Origin: the human T2T-CHM13v2.0 reference genome, Homo sapiens | Reading direction: 5' to 3' (one strand) | Assembly: GCF_009914755.1 (NCBI RefSeq) | Contig: NC_060945.1 | DNA length: 64,000 bases | Part shown: positions 38,911 to 63,960 of the stretch, one piece after another | Layout of the letters: every line of letters begins with the position of its first letter | Numbering within the stretch: position 1 is the first letter of the stretch | Translations under genes and position numbers: made by a program | Notes under the pieces: generated by a model | Database searches by the model: none | What the model was told of the DNA's origin: nothing | Seen by the model: only the letters and a program-made list of their open reading frames with translations

Positions 38911-40385
38911 AAAGAACTGCTTGAATCCAGGAGGCGGAGGTTGCAGTGAGCTGTGATCACGCCGCTGCACCCCAATCTGGGCAACAGTGTGAGACTTTGT
39001 CTCAAAAAAAAGAATTAAAAAAGGAAAAATGAGGTCATGAGCTAAACATCTGCCCCCAAACTATATGGAAAGGTATATGAATAAAGATCATCACCACTCA
39101 CCAGAAGAGAAACGTGTAAGAAAAAACTTCAGTAGCAATTAGTACTACGGTAGGAAACCTACACTGTAATTGAGGACTTGCTGAAGCCTGAGAGTGGACA
39201 AGCATGAGAGTGAAAATCTCCAGGGAGGCCAGTCTTAGTCCCTCCTTCTCACTTTTGAGGGTTTTATCGTCAGAAGCCCTACCAGATTCTTACACTAGAG
39301 GTAGAAAAATCTCATGTTTTTGGCATAGGGAAAGGAAATGTACCCATTCTAAAAGCCACCTAGAACATTCTATTCTTCTTACCAAGCTCTGCCATCAGAA
39401 AACTATTTGAGCAAAGCATAACCTACTGGGGTTTTGTCAGAGTTTATATGACCTAAGTTAAGGGAAATACCCATCATCAGAGTGTTGTAGTCTTCAGTGG
39501 GGAAGAAGAGAAATATTCAACTTCAGACCACTTGAGCCCTTCATGTGAGAGAAGAAACAATGCAACTCCCGTTCCCTCTAGCCTTCCTGTTAAACCTAAG
39601 GGGGTGGGAAAAGAAATGTGCAGCATTTTTTAAGATGACAAGACAGAGGCACAGACTCACTACAAGACACAAAACTCAGGGGCTGGAATGGAGATATCCT
39701 TCTATTCTCAATAAATGCATCAGGACAAACTGATGGGAGTGGAAGTAATAAGCAGCCTAGGTTTTCCTCCCTGTATCTCATGCTCTGTGTCACAGACGTG
39801 TCCTCTGGAGGACAGAGCACTTCTCCTATGTAACTCTGAAAGAAGTAACATTTTTCTGACTTCCAAAATACTTTTGCTCTAATTCAATTCAGAAAACTAA
39901 AATCCACTAAGGAACATATTTGAAGAACACTACAAATCACCTGTAGGGAACCCATAGAAACACATTAGGAAATGTGATATTGTGTTGTGCACATTTTGAA
40001 GGCTGGATTATTGGGAGGTATATTTTGTTGACAAGTTCTGAGAACATACAATCCATTAGGCAGAAGCTACATAGAAAAATGAGCTTTCGCATTAAAAAGT
40101 ATGGAACCCAGATGGTACAATAAAAGTTTAGAAATTGTACACTCTGTGGCTGTGTTGATGTTTTATATTATTTGATGTGTAAATGAGTGAAGAGGCCAGA
40201 TTATCCAGAATGTACCTGAGATAATCAGAGATAACCAAGGAGAAGGTAAAATTAAAATGATGGTGGTAATTATTTGGAGCACTAAAGAACAAACATTGAT
40301 AATGTGAGATCTGTTTTTTCCCAGATACATGAAATACATTTCTTTGTCATTAAGATGAACATACTTTAAGCATAATGCTTCTGTT

Positions 40386-41617
<1,232 letters not shown>

Positions 41618-41893
41618 CAAGTTGGCGACGGAAAACATTTCTAAAAAATAGTCTTCTCCTATATTTAAATTGTTCAAGTAGCCCTGGAGTTCTTTTTATC
41701 TTATTTAATAAAATGCATGGAATCATACTTTTATTATATTTATATGCTTTCAAAACTGATGCTTCTAAGGACCATGTAATTTCTTTAATTCTAGTGTCTA
41801 CCATGGGTTGACATTTCTGTATCAAGTTTCTTACATTTTTATTTTCATTTTATTTTGGTAGTAGAAAATGTTTCTCTCAAAGTATACTCTTCC

Positions 41894-42180
41894 TTTTTTT
41901 TTTTTTTTTTTTTTTGGCCTGTAGCTGAGGCTGGAGGGCAGTGGTGAAATCTCAGCTACTGCAACCTCCACCTCTTGGGTTCAAGCAATTCTCATCCTCA
42001 GCTTCCTGAGCAGCTGGGATTACAGGCACGCACCCCCATGCCCAGCTAAGTTTTGTATTTTTAGTAGAGATGGGATTTCACCATGTTGGTCAGGCTGGTC
42101 TTGAACTCCTGACCTCTTGATCCACCCACCTCAGCCTCCCAAAGTGCTGGGATTACAGACGTGAGCCACTGCACCCTGCC
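41894..42180 (-). mobile_element. AluS
   Basis: Poly-T plus antisense Alu; flanking duplication aagtatactctt. Confidence 0.88.
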
Positions 42181-42449
42181 TTGAAGTATACTCTTAACAA
42201 TCTTCTCTTGGTAATCAAATTCCTCAATGTTTTTACTTTTGAATATATTTTAATTTACTCTTATTTATGAAAGGTACTTTAGCTAAATATCCAATTTTAG
42301 CTTTTATACTATGCTTGTTCATTAGAACCTCCCTGACTGGAAATATGTCAATTTGGATTTTACATTTAATTTAGAATTTATTTTAAAGGGTTTTAAATGA
42401 AATTTATATGTAATTAGATACTATATGGTTACACAATATTTTCCCACAT

Positions 42450-45230
<2,781 letters not shown>

Positions 45231-45621
45231 TAATGATGAGCACACTGGCCTGTGTTTACACATTAATTGATCATTTTTATTAACATATCACAGTGCCTAA
45301 AAGTGTGCTCTGTTGTATTTTTGCTGTGACAAATTCTATGGCATCTTTCACTCCTAATCTTTTTTTAAATGCTTTTGTTTGGTATTTGATAATAATGTGT
45401 CTATGGTTACTTTTCAACTGTGCAACACATTTATCTCCATGCCGAGTCAAACTTTCTAATGAAGTTAATAGTTTTATGTACATTTAGTTATTGTAAATCA
45501 AAACAGTAAATTTTTATGATAGTTTTAAAGTTACTAAGATTGAGAATATATCAATTTTTCACTGCTCATGAATCTGTGGGTTCCTTAAACAATTATACAT
45601 AAGGTCTATAGATATGTGTCT

Positions 45622-45626
<5 letters not shown>

Positions 45627-45652
<26 letters not shown>
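45627..45652. repeat. (TG)n microsatellite
   Basis: Read directly from the sequence. Confidence 0.95.
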
Positions 45653-45656
<4 letters not shown>

Positions 45657-46189
45657 GGCTCAGAATCTTGCCTAACATATTGTATGCACTAAGCAAGTAC
45701 TAGTAAAATTATTCATCAAATTATCATCTTCATACCATTCTTCAAATGGCATATTGTTTGTTCTAATTAAAAACTATGTTTCTGTCTTATGTTAAGTAGC
45801 AACAAAAATTAGAAGGTCTACTTGTTCTGCCCTCTTGAGAAAATCCAAAGTTAAATGGTAGTTTTACTAATTTCCTTTAGATTCAGTACCTTATTTTCCT
45901 CACACAAAAATGTAAACATTAAGGACAACATCATATTTAAATGATTCATCCTACAATAGACAGACTTCGGGTCATTCATTGATTGGGCTGAAGTCTCACT
46001 CACTCTCTATTATTTCTAATTTTTTCACGTTAACAGCCTAGAAAATCTACTACACATGGAATGTTATAAATTAGAAATTAACACCTTGGATGTACAAATT
46101 ATAAAAGTAAACTGAAAAGTATAATATAAAATAAATATTTATATATTATGGATTGTTATTCTAGTAAAGCAAAAGCATTCATTTAAAAT

Positions 46190-46900
46190 ATTTTCACAAA
46201 GAAAAGTCCAGGGCAAAATAACCTATATAAAACATTCTACCAATATTCAATAAATAATTAATACTAATTCTTCAGCAGAAAATACTTCCAAAAAATGAAG
46301 AAGAGGGAATATTTTCCAATTCATTCTAGAGGCCAGTATTACTGTAATACTAAGGCCAGACACAAGTATAAACAGAAGGTGTGTGGGCAAATATGCCATA
46401 TTCATGTAGACACATACAGCCTCAGAAAACTTTAGCACGCTAAATCCAGGCACATAAAATATGAATATACACCAAGAACAAATGTGATTGTTTTGTAAAT
46501 GTCATTGTGACTTAGTATCTAAAATTCAATCAAGATAATACCCAATATTAGTAAAGAACAAAAAGTGATCCTTTAAATAGATACAGATAAAGTTACAAAT
46601 ATCAAGCATCATTCCTGACAAAACCCCCAGCAAACTACTAATAGAAAAGATTTTGAGACCCACTAAGAGGTATCTATAAAAAACCTACAGCTAACATCCA
46701 TCATACTTAATGGCGACAGACTTGTGCTTCTTTACCTGAAAGTTTGAGAGACAAGAATTTCCACTTTAACCACTCTATTCAGCATTGTAGTATTAGCCAG
46801 GAAAATTCTACAACAGAAAAAAAATTGTCCAGATTGTAAAATAAAAGTAGAACTGTCATTATTGCAAATGAAGTAATTTTCTGCAAAAAAAAAAAAAAGG
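46190..46900 (+). mobile_element. Ancient L1M ORF2 fragment
   Basis: ttccaattcattctagaggccagtattac..aaacctacagctaacatc..atacttaatgg. Confidence 0.65.
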
Positions 46901-47007
46901 ATTCACTAAAATATCACTAGAATAAATACACAATTTTATCAGGGGTTTTTAAGAACTATACAGGGTGGGACTCTAGGTGCATAGGTTCAGTGCATAAACA
47001 TACATCT

Positions 47008-49458
<2,451 letters not shown>

Positions 49459-50029
49459 TTACAGAATACTGAATAATCCTGAATTTGGTTTTCTTGGTTT
49501 TCTTTTGCTTTTTATTTAGTTTTGTTCACCTTGACCAGTGGGCTGGTGGTTCTTAAGTGCACCTGCGTTTTCATTGCTAGGGTCAAGATTTTCAAACTTT
49601 AATATGGTAATTTCTCTAATTTTTTTGACAGTTATTTCTCAGGTTGCAAGTTAAAATAAAATTTCCATTTTACTAAAGTCTTTGGTTTATTAATTATTTT
49701 ATAATGAATTAATATATATTTAATGAGTAATGAGGGGTACTACAAAATTTCAGAACTCAAAACTAAAGAACTTATTCATGGAACCAAACACCACCTTTTT
49801 CCGAAACACCTATTAAATAAAAAATATTAAAAAAAAATTTTTAAAATAAAACTAAAAATAAAATGAAAATGAAAAAATATATATCCAGGTTTAAAAAAAA
49901 ACTATTTCAGTTAAACAACAAATACTTTTTTGGGGGACTCTACTACAAAATTGTTTGTTATTATAATTAATAAGGCAGACAAAAAATCTAAGTTTTTTAA
50001 AATAAAAAACAGTAAGTAAAAAAAAAAGA

Positions 50030-53278
<3,249 letters not shown>

Positions 53279-53361
53279 CCGTAACTACTATTCAAGAAGA
53301 AAAAAAAACTACTCATTAGAACTTAAAAACATAAAATTGTATGTTCTACAAAAACAAATCA

Positions 53362-53885
<524 letters not shown>

Positions 53886-54890
53886 AAAGTAAGTGGTAAA
53901 AATCCAGTGCCCTAAACCCATATCCAGAGCTGTGAGAGTTTTTCACTGGCTAATTTACAGTTTTCTTGCATCAGAGAAAAAATAAGGCTCAGAAACTAGG
54001 TATTCGATTTGCCCAAAACTCTCATCAGATAGAAAATCCATTCCCTAACTTTCTAGCTAGTATTATTTCCATAAAGTTAGATCAGTATCACTCCGAAAAT
54101 AAATACACGTCACCCAGTATATTTCTCCCAAATAAAAGAGGAAGCAAGGCGCTTTACAACCCAGTGATGGGCTACCACATCAACACAGGAAAGAGGTGCC
54201 AAGCTCCTTTACTCCCGTCCATAACCCTACACAGAAAAGAGTGGGTGCAGTGGAATGAGGCTGGGTGGAGAGAAGTTCCTCTTCTTACTGACAAAATAGA
54301 TCACAGGGCATCACGTAATATGTAAAAGTCTTTATAATACAGCATATTATTTTCTTTGGAAAACCTTTTCTAATATTTTGGTATCAGTAAAAACCCTCAG
54401 ATGAATTTCAAACACTATAAAAATACAATACATAAACAGAAAATATTAACTGTCAGTAAGCATATAGAGAAATTGGAAACTTTATGCATTGCTGTTTGGA
54501 ATGTCAGCCCCCTGTGGGAAATGGTTTGGCATTTCCTCAAAATACTAAGCGTAGACTTATCATATGATCCAACAACACCCTTTAAGGGTATATGCCCAAA
54601 AAACTGACAGCAGAGACTCAAACAGGTATTTGTACACCTGTTTAATAGCAGCATTATTCACAGTGGCCAAAAGGTAAAACCAACCCAAATGCCCATCAGT
54701 AGGTGAATGAATAAAGAAAATGTAATATATACATACACAGAATATTATTCAGCCATAAAAAGAAAAAAAATCTGGCCAGGTTTGGTGGCTTACACTTGTA
54801 ATCCCAGTGCTTTGGGAGGCTAATGTGGGCAGGTCACTTGAGCCCAGAATTTTGAGACCAGGCTGGACAACATGGCAAGACCTCATCTCT

Positions 54891-54895
<5 letters not shown>

Positions 54896-54954
<59 letters not shown>

Positions 54955-54959
54955 TTTTT
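54896..54959. repeat. (TA)n-(T)n microsatellite
   Basis: Read directly from the sequence. Confidence 0.95.
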
Positions 54960-55075
54960 AAAGGAAATTCTCTTAGTGTTATAAATGAGCCTTGATAACA
55001 TTATGCTAAGTGAAATAAACCAGACACAAAAGGAAAAATATTGTACAAGTCCACTTATATAAGGTATCTAAAATT

Positions 55076-55702
<627 letters not shown>

Positions 55703-55743
55703 CAAAAAATACAGTAAAATATGAAATCTCTTTTTCTCCTATC

Positions 55744-55809
55744 CTTCTGCTGGTACTTCAATTTCTGCTGGTACTGTTCCATCATTGCCCTCTAAATAAT
55801 AATGGCTTC
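55744..55809 (-). pseudogene. GTF2IP: GTF2I exon-11-like; 9-nt in-frame insertion, both splice sites lost
   Basis: SHYYLEGNDGTVPAEIEVPAE versus GTF2I SHHSSEGNEGTEMEVPAE. The acceptor reads at and the donor reads ga. Confidence 0.8.
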
Positions 55810-56798
55810 ATAAAATGAAAATAAACAACATACAATAAACCAGTAAAAATTCACATTGAAAGAGAAAAGAGAAGCTAGGTAACAATGCAAACACTTTTAA
55901 GACATAATAAACATATAAAAAATGATCCTTTTAACTCAATCCAAACAATGTTTCTAATTCAGAAAAAAATATAACACATATTTGGAAGCTGGAAAACATT
56001 ATTTTAAAATATGAATACACAGTAGACTCAAGTAGGTTTAGGGATTTAATATTAGTGTATCTATGTGATAAAATTACTGGATATTGGAATCTGAAGAAGT
56101 ACAATTATGGTTCAAGTACCATGCTCATCTGTCACTGACACACACACACAAACAAATTAGCATGAATGCTTGCTTTGCTCAGACAATTAACTCTCTATAA
56201 GTTCAGGGTTTGCTGTGGAATGCTCCCTGTTTTCCATTTTCACTATGGTGAAAGCTATGGAAACTCAATCCATGTAATTTAATCCAAGCTGTACATAAAG
56301 TAACTTATAAGTAAAAACTGAAGATACTACCTTTAGTGTCAAAAATATTTTAATCCCGGTAATATAATCTGCCTGCTTCTAAAAACTGGGATATAAAGCA
56401 ATAGATTAATCAGGCAGTCACAAGGGAAACAAGCTCATCCTACTGGAGCAGAAGTTTTATTCACAAATAGGAAAGAAAGAATCTAAGATATCAGAGGGCC
56501 GGTAAGGATTAAGACCACAAGCTGCCCCCACAGGAACAAGATATATTATTTTGTTTTAAGCCATGAAAGTTTAACAGGGCAGTTTGTAATGAAGAAACAA
56601 ATAATAACAAACGATCTATCAAGCTAGAGAAAGACCCCATGCTCATTTCATTTTGTCTTACTTCACTAGTATTGCAAAGGGAAAGTGAGAAAGAAAAAGA
56701 CAGAGAAGGAGAGAAAGAGAAAATCGAGAGAAAAAGAGAGACTCTCCAAACAAAATGATTATGTCTCAAAAGAAAAAAAAATTTTTCATCTATTTGTC

Positions 56799-56801
<3 letters not shown>

Positions 56802-56836
<35 letters not shown>

Positions 56837-56846
56837 AGACACACAC
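56802..56846. repeat. (CA)n microsatellite
   Basis: Read directly from the sequence. Confidence 0.95.
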
Positions 56847-57248
56847 AACTCTACTGCTTGGTATCCCACCCTATTTTGTATCCCTGAGGATTTATTTGAG
56901 TCCTTGAGAAAGCCCCTTATGAACATTAGAGCTCCTCTTAGGGTTAGCGGGGAACGGGTATAACTGAGCTTTCCCTACAGACTAGAGTAAATGTGCTAAG
57001 CCAGAATGTCTTCTTCCTCCTCCTCCTCTTCGTCTTTCTCCTCTCCTCCTCCTCTTCTAAATTTAAATAGTCTATATATGATTTTTATTACTTATGTAAT
57101 TGAGTTCCTAAATGTGCCCCAGGCTTAGTTTCTTCACACTCTTAAAAACCTATACTTTTAGAAATCCTTAGGTTCTGGAGTCCCCTAGTCTAGGTTGGAT
57201 ATCTTCGTGTGCTATTTGCTATTTTTATGGCATTTGTCATTTACTAGC

Positions 57249-57666
57249 TGAATTAGTTCATTTCCTCACTGCTATGAAGAAAAACCAAAAACTGGTAATT
57301 TATAAGGAAAATAGATTTAATTGACTCGTAATTCCATCAGCTGTTAAGGAAGCATGATGCTGACATCTGCTCAGCTTTTGGGGAGGCCTCAGGAAATTTA
57401 CAATCATGGCAGAAGGCGAAGGGGGAACAGCCCTTCACCTGGCTGCAGGAAGAGCAAGAGAGAGAGATGGGAAAGGTGCCACAAACTTTTAAACAACCAA
57501 ATGTCATGAAAACTCAATCACAAGACAGCACCAAAGGAGTGGTGCTATAGCATTCACGAGAACTCCGCCTCCATAATTTAATCACCTCCCACCAGGCCCC
57601 ACTTCCAGCACTGGGGATTACAATTCAACATGAGATTTGATGGAGTTAAAGATCCAAACCATATCA
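57249..57666 (-). mobile_element. MST-type MaLR solo LTR
   Basis: ggggaggcctcaggaaatttacaatcatggcagaaggcgaagggg..gggattacaattcaacatgagatttg..atccaaaccatatca. Confidence 0.85.
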
Positions 57667-60600
57667 TTAACCTTTTCTATGAATCAGGTTTTAAAAAAAA
57701 TCTGTTAATAATGGCACCTATAATTTGCTGTGAGGATTTGATAAATTAAAATTATTTGTCAATAACAACAATGTCCATGAAAAACTTGATTTAAAGTTAA
57801 ATAAGAAAATCCTTCTAAAGCTTCCAGTAAGCATCAGTTAATAATTGGTAGTTTCTGTTTCTCTTATTGCTTTTGTTAAAAACAATTATCTTCTACATGT
57901 GAGTAATGGTAAAATGGGACAACAATGTGATTTGTTTCAAACAATTTATTTTTATGCTGGTATTTCCTACTTCAGAATAAATGAAAATATAGATTATTGA
58001 ATCTGACAATAAATCATATTCTTTATAAATGAAAGCAGAATGGAAGATTAATTTGGATTCAGATATTAAGAAGACTGAATAACTGATATGAAATATTCCT
58101 ACACACTAGTTTTAAAATTATGTTCTACAAGGCAACTTTGAGGGTTTTTTGAAATGACATGTTTATGGTAGACAAACATATCATATGCTCTTACGAATAT
58201 TCAATATGTCAGCAAAAGATCCAACTCTAAATTTTCTTGTTACAGTCAGCTTCCTAAGACCGCTCTATGCATAACTGTGTTACACAGGTTTCCTGGAACA
58301 GACCTTGAAGTGGAGGACTGCAGGCAGAATCTTTGTTGTGGAGTGATCTTGAGATACACACCTGTAAAGAAGTGAGAAATGCAGGATTAGACAGAGGGGG
58401 AAGCTGCCAAACAATAAGGTGACAATGGAGGATTCTGCTGATTCTATAAACAGCTCTGGACTTAAAATGAGCCTTCACATTGCTCCAAATTGAGTTGTAA
58501 GAGTTCAACTTTGATATCCCCACCATAGGACAACAATGGACCTCAGGATGCATTCACACAATGGGCATACTCTTGACTATGCAGTTTCCTGTGGTTGAGA
58601 GCAATTCCTAATTGAGTGATGAAGCTGTAAATGGTTTTCTTCATAAACTGGGAAATGGTTTTCTTGGAGGCCCCGAAGAGGAAAACTGACAGAGTATCAC
58701 AATAACAGCTACAATATCCCAGATTTAAAACAATTTAAAAATATTTATTAGGGTGATTCATTTCTTTATTTCTTTCAAAACATGTTTACGAAAACATGTT
58801 TTGAAAACATTAAATATCTTTGATATAGTTTAGTAGGAAAATACTCAAAATCAAAATTGTAAAAACAATGTGTTTCTTATACAATTAAACTGCATTTGAA
58901 GTAGATGGTAATGTAATACAAATCTTGAAAAGTTTTTCTTTTCTAAAACAAGGTGCCAATGATGTACTACACTGTAATTAACACTGAAATTCTGGGAACT
59001 ACTTCATCATTTCCAGTCACTATAGTTGCAAAGCTGGGAAGTAAACACTGTACATCAGATGATTGCTTTCCCATGGAATACAACAGGCTGAAGTTCCCTT
59101 CATTATACAAATTAATAAAATTCAAACTATATAAAATATATATTAGTCATCGATGATTAATTCACCCATATCTGGGTACCAAAGGTCTGGACTACTTAAA
59201 CCATGTAGATTCAAAATTCTAGATTGGGAAAAATTATAAGGAAAACCCGAAGCTTTCATACAGTGTGAAAATTATTCAGCACATATGGATAATTTTTGAT
59301 GTTTGAAATAAGCAGAAAGATCTCTAATGGAGATGACTTTATGACTTTGTTTAGGAACAGCATAAAAATAAACATTTTAAAGTGCTGTTATATAAAAATA
59401 AAACAACAGTTATTTCTCTATGTTTTGAAAGCTAAAACTAAATAAATGATAGTAGGAGCAGAGGTGCTTTGTTACAAGTTCTTTTCAAGCACTTACAATT
59501 AATACCTTTAATGGCGGAAGGAAAAAATACTGCTTCAACAATATAAAGATATAGCAGTTCACAGTGGCAACCAGGCAAGATGTTACTTTGAAATGCCCTG
59601 CTTTAACAGTATACCTGGGGACTTTGCATTCTCCTCTAAACTGGGTTTAATATAAAGCAAATCCCACCACAGCTGTCTTCAAGCTTTCTAGTAAAATGGC
59701 CCTCCAGAAAGATGATCTTTGGTGTTAACCCCTGTCAAAATGACAGCTCGCCAAATGGAGAAGTCAAATCCCAGAAAAAAACAATAGAAAGTTTCGTAGA
59801 AGTTAGTGAGAAAAATAAAATTTTGAGTGTTAAATGATTCTCACATATTGAATACCATTTTACTTATTTTCTCTAACAAATCCATTCACCAGTATCATTA
59901 TAATTTATGACTTTTATTGTGGTACAATGCTGTCCTTTCATAAATGTACTTCAGTGAAGTAGGATTACTCCTGTATATTATTACTATGGATGCTACAGTC
60001 ATGCTTTCTTTGTGCACAAGTTGCCATGAGCTAAAGCCTCATTAAAAAAGGTAGATCTGTTTCTAGGTATGTCTACTCCTATATTTTATCAAGTACGTAT
60101 GCATGTATGTATCACAATATCTAAATATGAGCAAGCTTATGAGACAGTGATATTGATAACAATATCTTCAGTAGAATTAAGATTTATCTTCTTTGAGATC
60201 AGAAAATAAAACCATGTTAGATTTAGCTTAGAACATGCGTACCTAAAAAAGATTGCTTAAATTAGCTTATAAGTGAGAACTGTGATAAGTATGTTAAGCA
60301 AACAGCTTACTGGAAGTTATTTCTTCCATTCTGTATACTCTTAACTACCACATATCATAAAGTCCTAAGAATCTAGTTTGGGAAAGTATAATAGAAGACT
60401 GAAGCAATTATTTAGATCATTTAATCTAAAAAAATCCCATCATTGTGCCAATTCTTTGGTATTTCAAGGATAGTAAGATCAATGTTTTCCACGATTATTG
60501 TTAGTATTATTTTATCATTAATTTTCATTAATTTATGATTTATTTAATACTTTCTTGACAATATCGGTATATCTTAAAATCCTGCTAAATTTTACACGTG

Positions 60601-60842
60601 TAAATTCTGGATATTACTAAGCTGACCTAAACTACATATCTCCGAAAAGAAAAACTAAGGTGACAATACAGTTAAAACCAAATTTTAGTTTCAGATTCTA
60701 AGGAAATAATGTATAAATTTGAAAAATAGCTATGTTCTTATATAATTATAAAATAAAAATGTTATTTCTATCTAAATTAAATAGACAATGTATTAATCTA
60801 GATTAATGAACATGCTCCAAATATTTTGAACCAAATTACTAT

Positions 60843-60890
60843 TTCCCATCTATTACAACATACGATTCCCATCTATTACAACATACGATT
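60843..60890. repeat. 23-bp perfect tandem duplication
   Basis: ttcccatctattacaacatacga occurs twice. Confidence 0.9.
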
Positions 60891-62877
60891 TTTACTACTT
60901 TGTACATAAGTGTATTATTGAGATGTAACTATTATGTCTCCTTATATTTTCTTTGTAACATTTAAAACATTCTCATTATTTTAAAAAAATCCATATGCTA
61001 ATACTTAGGAAAAGGCTTTTTTGTGCCTGAGATTTCTGTAACTGTGAAAAGCATAAGGGAGAATTTCTTTTCCAAAAACATAGACGTTAATGAAGTTGTT
61101 TTTTGAGGCCTGTTCTTCGTAACTGTTTTCTAGGTGATGGACTATTATCAACTTGCTCCATAATCCGTTTAGAGTTAAAGAGGACCACAGAAACTGCACC
61201 TCCAGGTGTCACAGGTTACTAAACTAATAACTAAAACAAATTAAAAGACTTATCTCAGATTCCCTCCTGGAGTCTACTGCCTTGTTTATACAGCTGGAGG
61301 ACAAAGTCAGCCACTGCCTGAATTCATATTCTGCACTATGCGATTCAGGAAATAGTGAGTCCAAGCATTTCTTACTCTTAAAATTGTGTTCAATGTTTGC
61401 AGTCACTTTCCTATCCCTGATATTATCAGGAAGGGGGCTGCAATTTCCTTTCTGCTTCTCTGAGTCAACTGCAAAGTCTCAGATGTTTTCACAGTTGAGA
61501 CAAGAGAACAAGAAGCACCAATGAAAACCACGGGGTTCTATGGAGGCATCATGGTGTAGTGAGCAGAAGCATGCTACTCTAGCTGTATCTCACTGGGTTC
61601 AAATCCTGACTATACGGCATATGGTGCATTAACAGCCCGCTGACCACAAGAATTTCTATGCTGGTAAAATAGGTTTATAATAATGCCAGTTAATCTAAAG
61701 ATGCTTTAAGTGAAGACTATTTGGTGTTTTTCAAGGACTCAATAATCATTAACTGTGATCATGATCTTCCCCTTACCTACTTTCAATAAGTAAATAATTT
61801 ACATTTATTAAACAAAAGAAATTTAATCTTGCTTTTCTGAAACAACACAATTCTATTTCAATTTTCTTTACATAGAGGGAGCATCTCACCGCAGATAAAG
61901 ATGTATGTATATTTTTTCTCCACTTGAAATTGTGCTGAGACTCAAAAACAGAAATATCTAGTACGATATCAATTCATATATCAGTTATGTTTAGAGGGAG
62001 TTGGGCTAAACATACAGCATTCATTTAAAATGAAGGCCTCCCGTCACACTTTGCTGATGGTATTTAAGTATTGAAAGCCAACTTTTTCTACCTGCTTACT
62101 ATTATGTCATAGTAGCATGATTTCCCAGACAGCAGAAACTTTGTCTTTTTGTACATAGCTAGGCATTTGATGCTTGTAACAGTGACTTCTCGATAATTAT
62201 TCATTGCCAGGAAAGATAATTACTTTAAAAATTTATTTAGGACATTATTTAGCAAATAGTAAATAAACAGTATTAGCTGGTTGCTATTATTTCTGAATAT
62301 CAGTTTCCCTAAATTTTCTCATCTGAAAAATGGAGATATTTCACAGCAGCATTGTGAGAGACAATAGAGTCAATATAGATAAAATTCTCCAAAGACCAAA
62401 ACTTTATCTAGCTCATATGTTCTGCATGAGTATTCATTTTTTTAATTACTGTATCTTTTTAACTCATTATGACTAAAATTAAGTATTTTTTTCTCTTTCA
62501 AGACCTTATGCTTCTCCTATGTTCCCAATATGCTGGAAATCAGGTGTGGGTAATAATAGCACCATGATTTTCCTTTGGAGAAATCAGTCCAAATGACTTT
62601 ATTCCACCTATAACTCCATAGATGCCATGAAATCCAGACCTCAGTACAGACAGTGACTTCCATGAACTTAGCTAAAATTTTTGGACAAAGTTTACTCTCT
62701 CTGGATTCTAAACGGATAGGGTAATGTTGCTGTCTCATGAAGCACCTTCTGAGCCTACTGAAGCAGGAGCTGATGTTGAGGCAGAACTGAAAGATGCAGA
62801 GGCAGAGTCCGGATAACACTGTCTGAACACCTGAAAACACGTTGAACACTGACGAATTTTAATTTTCTATTTTAGCC

Positions 62878-63060
62878 CAAGGTCAGTAAGCATCTTCTGT
62901 AAAGGGCTAGATTGCAAATATTTTAGGTTTTATGGAACATAAGGTTTGGGTGCAACTATTAAGCTCCAGTGATGGATATGGCTGTGTTGCAGTTAAACTT
63001 GATTTACAAAAACAGATGGCAAGACCAATTTAGCCGTGGATCATAGTTTATTGACTCCCG
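62878..63060. mobile_element. MER58A-like DNA element
   Basis: ttctgtaaagggctagattgcaaatattttaggtttt..atggctgtgttgc..aaacttgatttacaaaaacagatggc. Confidence 0.75.
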
Positions 63061-63397
63061 CCTTTTCCTGACAAAGTAGAGTTTCTTTACCTGGCAACCA
63101 AAGCAGTTAGTCTTAACTAATACCCCCTGTATCAGGCACTGGATTAACACATTTTTAAGCCAAAAATTTGAAAAATAATCATTTATACCTTTTCTCTGTT
63201 CCCTTGCAGCATAAATACAACATCAGAAAGTATGTTTCTCTCAAATGTTTCCTTGGTCTATTTACTCTTTCCATTCCCACCTACAACCTGTTATTTCAAA
63301 TCACAATCATTTCCTGCTTAACATTCTATAAAAACTTTTTACATATTTGCTGGAGTCTAGGATTCCTTTCAATTCTTTTTCACACGGAAGGTCTTAT

Positions 63398-63960
63398 TGT
63401 GACATCCTGCCTTGTTTTAACCTGAATTGACTCTCCCTTAGCTGAGAGAGCCACACAAACTCCAGTTTGGCTCCTTCACTTGCAGCCCCTTGCAGCCTCT
63501 TACCCACCCCCCTTTCTCAAGGACTTAACTTGTGCAGGCTGACTCCCAGCACATCAAAGAACACGATTAACTGATAAGACACTGTGGCAAGCTATATCCG
63601 CAGTTCCCAGGAATTCACCCGGTTGATAGGACCCAAAGCCCCCGGGGTTTGTGTCCCGTTGATAGCACCCAAAGCCCCCAGGTCTATCACCTTGTGATGG
63701 ATTTAAAGCCCCCGCACCTGGAACTGTTTGTTTTCCCGTAACCATTTGTCCTTTTAACTTTTTTGCCTTTTTTACTCAGCTGATTGCTTCAGCTAAGCTC
63801 CCCCTCCCCTTTCTAAACCAAAGTATAAAAGAAAATCTAGCCCCTTCTCTGGGGCCAAGAGAATTTTGAGCACTAAGGGTCTCTCGGTTGCCGGCTAATA
63901 AAGGACTCCTGAATTCGTCTCATAGTGTGGCATTTAACTACAACTCGCTCGGTTACAACA
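63398..63960 (+). mobile_element. Solo ERV1 LTR (LTR6A/B-like, HERV-S71 group)
   Basis: TG...CA termini, 4-bp TSD TTAT on both sides, TATAAAAG at ~63824, AATAAA at ~63897; the 5' end matches the recalled LTR6 consensus. Confidence 0.85.
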
